Assembly (NCBI GenBank): GCA_965552055.1
Contig: CBEVQO010000001.1
Coordinates: 288,001 to 352,000 of the forward strand
Origin: an uncultured bacterium
GTDB taxonomy: Bacteria; Hydrothermota; UBA3073; NMUJ01; CBEVQO01
DNA: 64,000 bases
Direction of reading: 5' to 3'
Position numbers and translations under genes: made by a program. The notes below the pieces were generated by a model. That model ran no database searches and had not been told where the DNA came from. It was given only the letters and a program-made list of their open reading frames with translations. Positions within the stretch are counted from its first letter, which is position 1. Every line of letters starts with the position of its first letter. Shown piece after piece: positions 19,491 through 29,677 of the stretch.

Positions 19491-20563
19491 GGTATTTAGG
19501 GGTTATATTTTTGCTTTTGGTAAATGGTTTATCGTCGCAATATGCTCCCTGGATTCGTGAAGCAAAGTATTATAAAAAGCTGGATGATAATTATGTTCAG
19601 TGTTTGCTCTGTCCACGCAAATGCATGTTGCCACCGGGAGCTACCGGTTTCTGTCGCAATCGCAAAAATATTGATGGCAAATTGTATACTCTTGTTTATG
19701 GTAGATTGTGTTCGGTTAACATTGATATTATTGAGAAAGCTCCTTTTTATCATGTTTTGCCGGGTAGTAAGCGTCTTGCATGTGCTGCTGTCTCATGCAA
19801 TCTCCGCTGTAAATACTGTCAGAACTGGCACATATCACAGGTGGGTCCCGGCGAGGTACCAGAATATTATATACCACCGGAGGAACTCGTAAAAATAGCA
19901 AAGAAATATGGATTGAAAATTATATGTTTCACTTACACTGAGCCAACAGTTTGCTACGAATACATGCTGGATGTTTTTAAAATTGCGAAAAAAGAAGGTC
20001 TTATTACAACTATAGTTTCAAATGGCTACATAAATCCAGAACCTTTAAAGGAACTGTTAAAATATACAGATGCTATAAAGATTGATTTAAAGGGGTTTAC
20101 AGAAGATTTTTATAGAGAAGTATCGATGGGTGATTTAAAAAGTGTTTTGAGGACTTTAAAAATCATAAAAAAATCTGGTGTGTGGCTTGAGATTGTTAAT
20201 TTAGTTGTTCCTACTTTGAATGATAACCCGGAGGATATAAGGAGGATGTGCGAGTGGATAAGGGATAGTTTGGGTCCTGATGTGCCCGTGCATTTTACCC
20301 GATTTCATCCGGATTATAAGCTTACAAATCTGCCAGCAACTCCCATAAAAACACTTGAGCGTGCAGTAAAAATAGCAAAAGAAGTTGGCTTACATTATGT
20401 ATATATAGGGAATGTGCCGGGGCATCCTTATAACAATACTTATTGTCCTTATTGTGGTAAATTATTGATAAGAAGGGTTGGTTTAACTGTTCTTGAAAAT
20501 CACATTAAGGATGGAAAATGCCCATATTGCGGTCATAAAATACCTGGTTTATGGAGTTTTTGA
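19487..20563 (+). CDS. amrS: AmmeMemoRadiSam system radical SAM enzyme, paralogue 2
   Basis: CLLCPRKC, IEKAPFYH, CNLRCKYCQNW, FTYTEP, VHFTRFHP. Confidence 0.9.
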   Translation: MRYLGVIFLLLVNGLSSQYAPWIREAKYYKKLDDNYVQCLLCPRKCMLPPGATGFCRNRKNIDGKLYTLVYGRLCSVNIDIIEKAPFYHVLPGSKRLACAAVSCNLRCKYCQNWHISQVGPGEVPEYYIPPEELVKIAKKYGLKIICFTYTEPTVCYEYMLDVFKIAKKEGLITTIVSNGYINPEPLKELLKYTDAIKIDLKGFTEDFYREVSMGDLKSVLRTLKIIKKSGVWLEIVNLVVPTLNDNPEDIRRMCEWIRDSLGPDVPVHFTRFHPDYKLTNLPATPIKTLERAVKIAKEVGLHYVYIGNVPGHPYNNTYCPYCGKLLIRRVGLTVLENHIKDGKCPYCGHKIPGLWSF

Positions 20564-21238
20564 TAGTTTGATTTTTATAAAAGCAATTGTTTTCAAAGTG
20601 CATAGTATTCCATAGAAAACGATGAAGAATCTAAATCCCCATATTACGAATTTAAAGATGGGTGAGAAGAAAAACAAAACATGAGTTGCTTCTATTGTAG
20701 AGGGTATAGGAATCATTCTTCTTTCTCGCAGAAAATTAACGAATTTCTGCGGTAAAATGTATTCTCTTTCTTCAAGATAATGTTTTGCTTCTGCTCTCCT
20801 GAAATCGTAAAAGTCGTTTAATAAAATTAAAAAGATAGATATGAGTGGATAAGCCAAATTTATTTTTTGCCCTAGGGCAAGGCAGATTGAAAGAAATATG
20901 TAGGAGAGATGGTCTTCAAATATATCGAATATTTTACCGAATTTTGTTATTTTGCCAGTAACTCTTGCGAGTTTGCCGTCAACACAATCAAAAATAAAAG
21001 CAATCTCATAAAGAAAGGCGCCTATCAATAGATACTTATAATCTCCTTTTAAAAATAAATATGCACTGCAAAGTTTTATCAGGAATTTTAAGATGCTTAT
21101 TTGATTTGGTGTAATTTTTGTATAATTTGCGAAGAAATAGGTAAGTGGCAAAGCGAACTTATCTGCTACGAGCACAGTCCACCATGCATCATACTTCTTT
21201 AAACCCTTCTCCTTTACTTCCTGATAAGTATATTTCAT
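20549..21238 (-). CDS. CDP-alcohol phosphatidyltransferase family protein
   Basis: ITPNQIS and DCVDGKLAR...G..FD..D signature. Confidence 0.9.
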   Translation of the reverse strand: MKYTYQEVKEKGLKKYDAWWTVLVADKFALPLTYFFANYTKITPNQISILKFLIKLCSAYLFLKGDYKYLLIGAFLYEIAFIFDCVDGKLARVTGKITKFGKIFDIFEDHLSYIFLSICLALGQKINLAYPLISIFLILLNDFYDFRRAEAKHYLEEREYILPQKFVNFLRERRMIPIPSTIEATHVLFFFSPIFKFVIWGFRFFIVFYGILCTLKTIAFIKIKLSKTP

Positions 21239-22263
21239 TTAATCTCCTTTATTGCGTTCAATTTTTCTGTTTCTCCTTTTATATCAAGAATTGTGAATCT
21301 TCCTTTTCTCATTTGTGGAGCAATTCTCACTGCTTCCATAAATATATTTTCGTCTATTCCGATTTGCGATAATTTTGTTGGAAAACTTATTTTGTTATAT
21401 ACTTTTTTGATGATAGAAGAGTTCTTTTTTCTTAATTTTTGTGTATATAATGTTGCTATACCTACCTGTATTCCGTGTGGTTTAGATTTTTTTAGTAGTT
21501 TATCGAGTGCGTGGCTTATAAGGTGTTCTGCTCCGCTACATGGTCTGCTGCTTCCAGCTATATTCATCGCTATACCACTGAGTGCAAGACATCTTGCGAG
21601 TTCATATAAAAATTCGTCCTCTCTTATATTTATTTTTCTATTTTTAAGTACGAACCTTATGAATTCCTCTGCTGCGTTTCTTGCAATCATTTCGCTTAGA
21701 GGGTCGAATTTTTCGCCCTTCAGTTTATGTGCGAGAATCCAGTCTTCAACGGCTGATAGGTTTGAAAGGAGGTCACCTGCTCCTGCTTTTATCTGTTCGT
21801 CTCTTGCCCTTTTTACAATATCTATATCAATTATTATGCAAACAGGTGCATGTGTTGCTATGCTGCGGAAATTATCTTTCTGCTTCAAAACTGCTACTAC
21901 AGAGGATATACCATCATGAGATAAAGTGGTTGGGCACACTATTAATTTTTTTCCTGTTTTGTTACTAACATATTTTGCAACATCGAGTACTTTTCCTCCT
22001 CCTATAGCAAGCAAGACATCGATTCCATTTTCTTTAACAAGAGTGGAAATTCTATTGCCTTCATCGAAAGAATTTGTCGCAACAGTAAAATGGCTTAATG
22101 CACAGTTGAAATGTTTTTTTATGTCGTTTGCAACTTCAAAAGTAAAAGTTTTTCCAGAAATTATCCCGAGATGTGAAAATTTTATATTACTTTCGATTAT
22201 CTCTTTTATCTTTTCGGACATCCTATTTCCTATATGAAAATATGGGAAGAAAGATTCTCTCAA
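21235..22263 (-). CDS. Glycerol-1-phosphate dehydrogenase-like (DHQS/Fe-ADH superfamily)
   Basis: IGGGKVLDVAK, PTTLSHDGISS, SSRPCSGAEHLISHA, HGIQV. Confidence 0.85.
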   Translation of the reverse strand: MRESFFPYFHIGNRMSEKIKEIIESNIKFSHLGIISGKTFTFEVANDIKKHFNCALSHFTVATNSFDEGNRISTLVKENGIDVLLAIGGGKVLDVAKYVSNKTGKKLIVCPTTLSHDGISSVVAVLKQKDNFRSIATHAPVCIIIDIDIVKRARDEQIKAGAGDLLSNLSAVEDWILAHKLKGEKFDPLSEMIARNAAEEFIRFVLKNRKINIREDEFLYELARCLALSGIAMNIAGSSRPCSGAEHLISHALDKLLKKSKPHGIQVGIATLYTQKLRKKNSSIIKKVYNKISFPTKLSQIGIDENIFMEAVRIAPQMRKGRFTILDIKGETEKLNAIKEIK

Positions 22264-22967
22264 GTTATCTCCTTTTTGTAAATTTCCTTTGCATATACAT
22301 AATCTTCAAAAGTATCCACTTCTGTCCATGGCAATCCATCCGTAAATACAGGTATTATATCTATATCACGGGTTATTTCGTTAAATGCTTCTTCATACCA
22401 TTCATTTACCTTTCCTTCATTTACCATTTCAAAAACTTTTTCCCGTAATATTTTTAAACCCTTTCCGGAAAATTTAGCAATGCCTATATATTCACCAGCA
22501 GAAAATTCAATACTCAAATTTTTGCGAAAAAGTAAAACTTTACCATTTTCGATTTTTACCTTCATTTCTTCTTCTCCGAGTTTTTTAACATTGTCGACAC
22601 ATACTGCATTTTCATAATCGCAATTTAAAATTTTATCGAGTATTCTGGGATGAAAGATTACATCAGAATTTACTATGAGGATACTATCGGCATTTTGCAA
22701 GTATGTTAGTGCATATTTTAGCGAAACAATATTATTTTTTTCATATTCCGGATTGTAAATAAAATTTACATTCTCATTTATACTGCTTTTTACTTTGTCA
22801 GCACCGTGTCCGATCACTATATTTATTTTAAGGTTATATTTCTTGAGGATTTTTATCTGAAATGATATGAAATTATCACCATTTAGAGGTAGCAAGCATT
22901 TAGGTATTTTTTCTGTAAGTGGTCTCAATCTTTTGCTCTCACCTGCTGCCAAAATTACTGCATCCAT
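22260..22967 (-). CDS. NTP transferase (phosphocholine cytidylyltransferase-like)
   Basis: ILAAGESKRLRPLT..PKCLL, EEEMKV, GEYIG, WTEVDT..D. Confidence 0.88.
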   Translation of the reverse strand: MDAVILAAGESKRLRPLTEKIPKCLLPLNGDNFISFQIKILKKYNLKINIVIGHGADKVKSSINENVNFIYNPEYEKNNIVSLKYALTYLQNADSILIVNSDVIFHPRILDKILNCDYENAVCVDNVKKLGEEEMKVKIENGKVLLFRKNLSIEFSAGEYIGIAKFSGKGLKILREKVFEMVNEGKVNEWYEEAFNEITRDIDIIPVFTDGLPWTEVDTFEDYVYAKEIYKKEIT

Positions 22968-22988
22968 CTTTATATTAAAATCAAAATA

Positions 22989-25211
22989 CTATTTTGTCAA
23001 CCTTATTTGTAATATGCTTAAAATTTTCAAAAGGATTAGTAGCATACATGTATTTTTAAGTCCCAGCAATGGGAATATAATCACACCGCCGGTTAATCCT
23101 CCGAGCCAGCCACCTATTAGGTCAGCAGCATAAAGCAAACCAGCAGACTCAGATATTGATTCACTGCCTCTGAGATAAATTTTGTTACACAGAGGAAATT
23201 CAAGCCCAAGTAAGAAGCCCGAAATTAAATTTAGCAAAATAAAGAGAGGCAAATTTAAAATACCGTGAATCGAAATCAGAAGCAGAGCGAAAATCAAAAT
23301 TAGAAATTCAATTGCGGTTAATATTTTAAAATCATTTTTTATCGTTCTTAAATTTTTTGTAGAAAAATATCCCCCTGTCGCTGTGCCCGCCATAAATGAA
23401 GAAGTCAGAATGCCAATCCAGTAATAAAGATATCCGTAAGTTATTTGAAATAAAAAACTGAGAATTAAACTAAAAATCATCCCACAAAATCCGGAAGATG
23501 CTATTACGAAAAACATAACCCATTTTTTGTCCTTCTTAAAAGATTTTATAATGAAAATCAAACTCAGTGCAAGAATCATTAAAAGAATTTGCCATAGTTT
23601 TATTTTTTCGATAGTTTTAAAGATTTTACAGAGATAAGGAGCAAACTGTGCATCCCAGTATCTCAAAGTATGCCACACAGAAATCGGATGGTAATCGGAA
23701 TTTATGCCCTTTATGTAACCTTTGAGAGAACCGTAAAACCAGTCGAACCACCTTTTCGAAAGTTTATACTCGATATAAAACGGTGTGATAAAATTCGTCT
23801 TCAAATCATATTTTTTTAAATTTTTGATTAAAAACTGAGGTGAAAGGTTTATTTCTTCGTCTGATGCAAGATAAATATTTACATCGCCCGGTATTACTTT
23901 CACGAAGTTGAAAGATTTTTGAAGGGTGTTCAGGATGCAACCTATTAAAGATTTCAGTTCTCTTGATAAATAAACAGAAGAGCCGGGTGTATGGAGGACC
24001 AGAATTCCTTTTTTGTTTAATTTTTGTTTTGCAAGTTCAAAGAATTCTTTTGAGAAGAATCTATTTATTTGCAATTCAGAAGGTGTTGAGAATCCCACGA
24101 ATATTATGTCGTATTTTTCTTTGGTTTCTTTAAGGAAAAATCTTGCGTCTGTGTATTTTATATTAACTCTATTATCTTTTAATTCCTTTTCGGTCAATGT
24201 TGTTTTGTATTTATGCAGCATTTTCATTACTTCTGGGTCGAGTTCAGCGTAATCTATTTTTTCGACAGGATATTTTAATATTTCTGCGATGATACCCCCT
24301 GCTCCGCCACTTAGTATTAAAATTTTCCGGGGCATAGGATGTGCAAGCATGGGGAAATGTGTTATTTCTTCTACAAACGCAATATCGGGTATCGGTGTGG
24401 TGATAAAGGGAGTGCCATCATAATAAAATGTATATTGCTCTTCTTCTTTTATGACAGCGATGTTGCCAAAGATAGAATTCCTGTAATCTATGACATTGTA
24501 AGGGGAAAATTGCTTTTTTATAGAATTCCAGTGAATTTTCAATGTGACACCGAAAAATATACAAAATGAAAAAAGAAAAAGTATAAAGGTCATCAGGTAA
24601 AATAAAGGTTTTTTAAAATTTTTATCCTGCGTGATAAAGAAAATAAGGCAAAGGAAGAGGTTTAATGCGGATATTATGAAAGATGTATTGAAGGAATTTG
24701 TTAGTGGGATAAAGAGGTATGTTATCAAAATACCGCCCGCAATGGTACCAGCTGTTTCGAATACATAAACTTTCCCGATGGATTCCGCTTTATCTTCACC
24801 TGCAATTTCTGCAAGTATTTTGCATGAATAAGTAAAAAGAGCACCATGCGAGAAGCTCACAGGGAACAAAATAAAGAGAGAAGAATAGATAACCGGCAAT
24901 AAACCGATTACTTCGCCCGGCATCACCCCTAATATATGGCGTAAAATCCTGGTTAAATAAATCGAAAGAGGAAAGGTTAAAGAGAAAATGATTTGAGTAA
25001 TTAAGAAAATTTTTATCTTATCTTTTTGCTTTTCAATTGTTTTACCGAGAAAATATGCTCCGGCTGCTTCTGCTATTAGCCAGTTGGCAAGTATTATCCC
25101 GATAGTTAATTCATTACCCGAGAAAATTACAAGTAGTTCGCGGATAAGAAGAGTTTCTGCAATCATTCCACTTATTCCTATGAGAAAAATTAATGAGACG
25201 AAAAGGTTCAT
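22989..25211 (-). CDS. Fused multi-TM / spermidine synthase-like protein
   Basis: N- and C-terminal TM bundles around a methyltransferase-fold domain (ILILSGGAGG, ELDPEV, DARFFL). Confidence 0.85.
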   Translation of the reverse strand: MNLFVSLIFLIGISGMIAETLLIRELLVIFSGNELTIGIILANWLIAEAAGAYFLGKTIEKQKDKIKIFLITQIIFSLTFPLSIYLTRILRHILGVMPGEVIGLLPVIYSSLFILFPVSFSHGALFTYSCKILAEIAGEDKAESIGKVYVFETAGTIAGGILITYLFIPLTNSFNTSFIISALNLFLCLIFFITQDKNFKKPLFYLMTFILFLFSFCIFFGVTLKIHWNSIKKQFSPYNVIDYRNSIFGNIAVIKEEEQYTFYYDGTPFITTPIPDIAFVEEITHFPMLAHPMPRKILILSGGAGGIIAEILKYPVEKIDYAELDPEVMKMLHKYKTTLTEKELKDNRVNIKYTDARFFLKETKEKYDIIFVGFSTPSELQINRFFSKEFFELAKQKLNKKGILVLHTPGSSVYLSRELKSLIGCILNTLQKSFNFVKVIPGDVNIYLASDEEINLSPQFLIKNLKKYDLKTNFITPFYIEYKLSKRWFDWFYGSLKGYIKGINSDYHPISVWHTLRYWDAQFAPYLCKIFKTIEKIKLWQILLMILALSLIFIIKSFKKDKKWVMFFVIASSGFCGMIFSLILSFLFQITYGYLYYWIGILTSSFMAGTATGGYFSTKNLRTIKNDFKILTAIEFLILIFALLLISIHGILNLPLFILLNLISGFLLGLEFPLCNKIYLRGSESISESAGLLYAADLIGGWLGGLTGGVIIFPLLGLKNTCMLLILLKILSILQIRLTK

Positions 25212-27590
25212 CTATTCTCTTACAAGTTCCCTTTCTATTTTCAGTCTTTTGGCAGCTGACTCAGATATTCCGAGAAGTGCGCAAACAACATCCCAGAGTT
25301 TTACTTTTCCGAGTTGCATTAAAATTTCAATATGGTCTTCTTTTTTGGTTATCATGAGTACGGATTTTCTTACATTTTTTCCTTTGAAAATGACTTCTTT
25401 CCTTTTCATAAAATCGTCAATTTCTCTCTGTGATATTCTGGCGCCATAAATTTTATAGATCACTTTCTGGAAGGTTTCAAATAATGATTTTGCTTCCTCG
25501 TAAAATGGTTGAGCTTCCAGCACTCTTATTCCTTTTGGTAATGCTTTGTTTAAAAGATATACAACATCGCTTCTCACAGGGTATTCCATTTCCATATCGA
25601 AATAATCCGATTTGCTTATCACACCCACTGGTATGGGAGGAGAGAAAGAAAGTTGAGGTCTTGGTGTAAATCCTTTTGAATATGCCACAGGTAGCCCTGT
25701 GCGCCTTACTGCTCTCGTTATAGCCCTAACAAGGTCAAGATGAGAAAGATAGCGGGCTCCTTCACCTTTTTCAAACCTCACTCTAAAATTCAGTTTCACA
25801 GAAGAAAGGGGTTTCACCCTTCTTACTCTGTCACCATAACTTATAACATCTTCTTTTTGCTCTCTATCATAAGGGATTAAGAAGTCACCTTTACACACAC
25901 CGCATCCAATACATCCCGTTATTCTGCAATCCCTTGTGAAATCTTTTTCTCTCCTTTCTTTTTTCAAAAATTCTTTTGATACACCTGTATCTATTATGTC
26001 CCATGGTAGCTCTTTATCTTCGTCTAATTCTTTTGTGTATTCTTTTGGGTCTATTCCTGCTTCTTCGAAACTTTCTCTCCATTTTTTGAAATTGAAATAT
26101 TCTGACCATTCATCGAATCTCTGTCCTTTTCTGTAAGCCAGTTCTATTACTTTTGCTATCTTTCTGTCGCCCCTTGCAATTACACACTCTAAGAAAGATG
26201 CTCTTGCATCCCTGTAATCTACTTTTATTTTTTTGAATTCTCTCAAACTTCTCTTTATGTATTTTTCGATGTTGAATAATTCTCCTGTTTCTTTTTGTTT
26301 TTCCCACTGGAATGGGGTGTGGGGTCGGGGGACGAAGGGGGAAATTGATACATTCAAATTTTTATCCTTTAAAATTTTTGATATCCTTTTGCATAAGTCA
26401 ATAATAGCTTCAATATCATCCTGTTCTTCATCTGGCAATCCTATCATGAAATAAAGTTTTAAGTGGGTGAAATTGTATTTTCTTACATTTTCGGCAGATT
26501 TAAAAATTCCATCTTCCGATATTTCTTTGTTTATTCTTCTTCTCAATCTATCTGTGCCTGCCTCAGGTGCAAGGGTAACCCCTCCTTTCCCCAAAAAGCG
26601 CGCAAGTTCATCATCCAGACTATCGCCTCTCATAGAAGGGAATGCAAAATTCACTTTTAAATCGAGTTTCTGAAGCATTTTGCAGAGAGTATGAATCTGG
26701 GAATGGTCAGATGCCGACAGGGATAAAAATGATACTTCTTCGTAGCCTGTATTTTTAAGTCCAATTTTCATCAAGTTTATTATCTGTTCTGCTGTTCTTT
26801 CTCTATAAGGTCTGAAGCAATATCCTGGCTGGCAGAATCTGCATCCACGGGTACATCCCCGTGCTATCTCCACAACGAGTCTGTCCTGTATCACCTCTGT
26901 AAGGGGGACAAGTGGAGCATTTGGGAAAAATTCATCGGTTAACTCAGGGAGCCATTGCCTCTCTGCTCTGTTATTGATGGAAGGCACATATACTCCTTTA
27001 ACTTTTGATAATTCTTCAAGTATTTTATATCTTTTCATTCCTTTGCATTCTTTTAATACATCTATAAACTGTGGCAAAACTGCTTCTGCTTCGCCAACAA
27101 TGAAGCAATCGAAGAAGTCAGCAATTGGTACGGGATTAAATGCACCGAGTCCACCACCTAAAATTATAGGATGACCTTCTTTTCTATCTTCTGCATAAAT
27201 GGGGATTCCTCCGAGTTCCAGAATATTTAAAACATTTGTGTAATTCAATTCATATTGCAATGAAAATCCAATGCAGTCGAATTTTTTAATTTCTGTTTGA
27301 GATTCAAGTGAAAAAAGGGGTATTTTTCTGCTCCTTAATTTTCTTTCAAAATCAGGTAATGGTGCAAAAACTCTTTCGCAAAGAACATCATCCATTTTGT
27401 TTAGTAAGTAATAAATTAATTTTAAGCCGTAAGAGCTCATACCAGTTGCATAAGCATCCGGGAAAGCAAGCAGAAAATGAACTTTTACATCTTCCCAATT
27501 TTTATGAAAGCTTCCTATTTCATGGTTCAAATACTGAGCCGGTCTTTTTATCGTTGGCAAAATATTTTCAAATTCTTTTCTCCAATCCAT
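25212..27590 (-). CDS. TIGR03960-family radical SAM protein fused to TIGR03936-family radical-SAM-linked domain
   Basis: FPDAY..GMS, RGCTRGCRFCQ, APEAG, PRPHTPFQW; C-terminal YLSHLDL...YSKGFTPRP; start placed at ATG 27590. Confidence 0.9.
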   Translation of the reverse strand: MDWRKEFENILPTIKRPAQYLNHEIGSFHKNWEDVKVHFLLAFPDAYATGMSSYGLKLIYYLLNKMDDVLCERVFAPLPDFERKLRSRKIPLFSLESQTEIKKFDCIGFSLQYELNYTNVLNILELGGIPIYAEDRKEGHPIILGGGLGAFNPVPIADFFDCFIVGEAEAVLPQFIDVLKECKGMKRYKILEELSKVKGVYVPSINNRAERQWLPELTDEFFPNAPLVPLTEVIQDRLVVEIARGCTRGCRFCQPGYCFRPYRERTAEQIINLMKIGLKNTGYEEVSFLSLSASDHSQIHTLCKMLQKLDLKVNFAFPSMRGDSLDDELARFLGKGGVTLAPEAGTDRLRRRINKEISEDGIFKSAENVRKYNFTHLKLYFMIGLPDEEQDDIEAIIDLCKRISKILKDKNLNVSISPFVPRPHTPFQWEKQKETGELFNIEKYIKRSLREFKKIKVDYRDARASFLECVIARGDRKIAKVIELAYRKGQRFDEWSEYFNFKKWRESFEEAGIDPKEYTKELDEDKELPWDIIDTGVSKEFLKKERREKDFTRDCRITGCIGCGVCKGDFLIPYDREQKEDVISYGDRVRRVKPLSSVKLNFRVRFEKGEGARYLSHLDLVRAITRAVRRTGLPVAYSKGFTPRPQLSFSPPIPVGVISKSDYFDMEMEYPVRSDVVYLLNKALPKGIRVLEAQPFYEEAKSLFETFQKVIYKIYGARISQREIDDFMKRKEVIFKGKNVRKSVLMITKKEDHIEILMQLGKVKLWDVVCALLGISESAAKRLKIERELVRE

Positions 27591-27658
27591 CAAATATAAA
27601 TTTACTCTAAAATCCAAAATGTCAATATTTATTGATAAAAAATTTCGAAAAAATAAGC

Positions 27659-27685
27659 TTGACAAATTGAAATTTTGAATATAAT
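27659..27685 (+). promoter_or_regulatory. sigma70-like promoter TTGACA-N15-TATAAT (speD-speE)
   Basis: Perfect hexamers at 27659-27664 and 27680-27685. Confidence 0.7.
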
Positions 27686-27740
27686 AGGCAGTCGGATGGG
27701 GGGTGTATGGGTGAAGGAGATGAAGCTAACAGGTTGAGAA

Positions 27741-28094
27741 ATGGAAAGGTACCTTGGCAAGCACATAATTTTAGAATTTTACGAGTGCCCAAGGGAATGC
27801 ATTCAGGATTCTCGCAAAGTAGAAGAAGCCTTCATGGAAGCAGCCCGTGTTTCCCGTGCTAACATTGTAAAAACAGTTTTCCATTATTTCAATCCACATG
27901 GAGTTTCCGGCGTTGTTGTAATAGCAGAATCTCATTTTTCAATCCATACCTGGCCCGAACATGGATATTGTGCAATTGACCTGTTTACATGCAGTGAAGA
28001 CCTCGACCTTAAGAAAGCGATAGAAGTTTTAAAAGAAAGATTAAAACCCAAATATGTGAGTGCATTTGAATTTAAGAGGGGGACATTTATATGA
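27741..28094 (+). CDS. speD: S-adenosylmethionine decarboxylase proenzyme
   Basis: GVSGVVVIAESHFSIHTWPE, DLFTC; adjacent to speE. Confidence 0.93.
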   Translation: MERYLGKHIILEFYECPRECIQDSRKVEEAFMEAARVSRANIVKTVFHYFNPHGVSGVVVIAESHFSIHTWPEHGYCAIDLFTCSEDLDLKKAIEVLKERLKPKYVSAFEFKRGTFI

Positions 28095-28927
28095 CTCAAC
28101 AATTTCCAGAACTCTGGTATACCGAAAAATACACACAGCACTTTAATTCCAGCATACGCATAAAAGAAAAATTATTCTCAAAAAAGTCAAAATTTCAGCT
28201 GATTGAAGTTTTTGATACTTATGAATTTGGTAAAGTTTTATATTTGAACAATGCTTTGATGGTTACGGAGCGTGATGAATTTTTCTATCATGAGCTAATA
28301 GTTCATACTGCTATGACTGCATGTGCTGAAGCGAAGAATGTATTGATAATAGGTGGGGGTGATGGTGGAGTGGCTCGTGAAGTATGCAAATATCCCGTTG
28401 AAAAAGTAAAAGTTATAGAAATTGACCCCGAAGTTATTGAGGTATGTAAAAAATATTTCCCTGAAATTGCAAAAGGATTTGAAGATAAAAGGGTTGAAGT
28501 TTTAAATCAGGATGGTTTTGAGTATGTTAAAAATTGTAAAGAGACTTATGATGTTATCATAATAGATTCTTCCGATATGGTTGGACCTCCTCCTATTGGA
28601 CCTGCTGAAATTCTATCGTCACGGGAATTTATGGAAAATTGCAAAAAGATTTTGTCAGAAGAAGGGATTTTCGTTGCCCAATCTGAGACACCTATTTTTT
28701 ACTTTGAGTTTATAAAAGAGTACTTAAAGAGGGTGAAATCCGTTTTTCCTGTTGTAAAATATGCTGTTATTCCTGCGCCTTCTTATGGCGGGATATGGTC
28801 TTTGACTTTTGCTTCCAAAGGTAATGACCCATCGGAACCCAAGAGAGAAGCACCATCAGGTTTAAAATGTTACAATAAAGAACTTCATAAAGCAATTTTC
28901 TCCCTCCCGAATATCTGGAGAATTTAA
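28091..28927 (+). CDS. speE: Polyamine aminopropyltransferase (spermidine synthase)
   Basis: DEFFYHE, LIIGGGDGG, EIDPEV, IIDSSD. Confidence 0.93.
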   Translation: MTQQFPELWYTEKYTQHFNSSIRIKEKLFSKKSKFQLIEVFDTYEFGKVLYLNNALMVTERDEFFYHELIVHTAMTACAEAKNVLIIGGGDGGVAREVCKYPVEKVKVIEIDPEVIEVCKKYFPEIAKGFEDKRVEVLNQDGFEYVKNCKETYDVIIIDSSDMVGPPPIGPAEILSSREFMENCKKILSEEGIFVAQSETPIFYFEFIKEYLKRVKSVFPVVKYAVIPAPSYGGIWSLTFASKGNDPSEPKREAPSGLKCYNKELHKAIFSLPNIWRI

Positions 28928-29670
28928 GGTAAAGTTAAAATTTCGGGATTATCTTCTCTTATTACAATGGTATGTTCAAAGAGTGCAGAAGGTTTTCTAT
29001 CTACGGTTATTGCTGTCCATCCGTCTTTTAATGTTTTTGACTCGCCTTTGCCTGCGTTTATCATTGCCTCTATTGCTAGTGTCATTCCTTTGCGCAAAAG
29101 CGGTCCCTTTCCAGGTGGTCCATAGGTTGGAACAGGTGGGTCTTCGTGCAATGCCCTGCCGATACCGTGACCAGTGTAATCCCTTGCAGGAGAAAAGCCG
29201 TATTTTCTGGCTGTCAATTCAATAGCATGTGAAATATCAAGCACCCTATTTCCTTCCTTTGCCATTTTGATTGCATTTTTTAAAGCCTCTTCTGCTGCCT
29301 GAATCAATCTTTTTTTGAGTTTTGAAACCTCTCCAACAGGAAATGTTTTCGCAGCATCAGCATGATAACCTTTGTAGCAGGCACCTGCATCTATTCCAAT
29401 AATGTCCCCCTCTCTTAAAACCTTTGTTGATGGCATTTCGTGGACAATCGATTCGTTAACACAGGTGCAAAGAGTAAAAGGATAACCCTTATATCCTTTA
29501 AATGAAGGCACAGCTCCATATTTCCTTATAAATTCTTCTGCAAATTTATCCAGTTCTATTGTTTTCACACCCGGTTTTATTAATTTCTCGATTTCGAGTA
29601 ATAAATTTCCAACGATTTTTCCAGCTTCTCTCATCAATTTTATCTCTGATTCTGATTTTATAAAAATCAT
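28924..29670 (-). CDS. map: Methionine aminopeptidase type I
   Basis: GDIIGID, ADAAKT, GHGIGRALHEDP, AIEAMI, FEHT. Confidence 0.95.
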   Translation of the reverse strand: MIFIKSESEIKLMREAGKIVGNLLLEIEKLIKPGVKTIELDKFAEEFIRKYGAVPSFKGYKGYPFTLCTCVNESIVHEMPSTKVLREGDIIGIDAGACYKGYHADAAKTFPVGEVSKLKKRLIQAAEEALKNAIKMAKEGNRVLDISHAIELTARKYGFSPARDYTGHGIGRALHEDPPVPTYGPPGKGPLLRKGMTLAIEAMINAGKGESKTLKDGWTAITVDRKPSALFEHTIVIREDNPEILTLP

Positions 29671-29677
29671 AGATTAA

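Noticed and set aside
27591..27665. N-terminal extension of the 817-aa radical SAM ORF
   Set aside because: Covers divergent promoter sequence; family-like sequence starts at MDWRKEF
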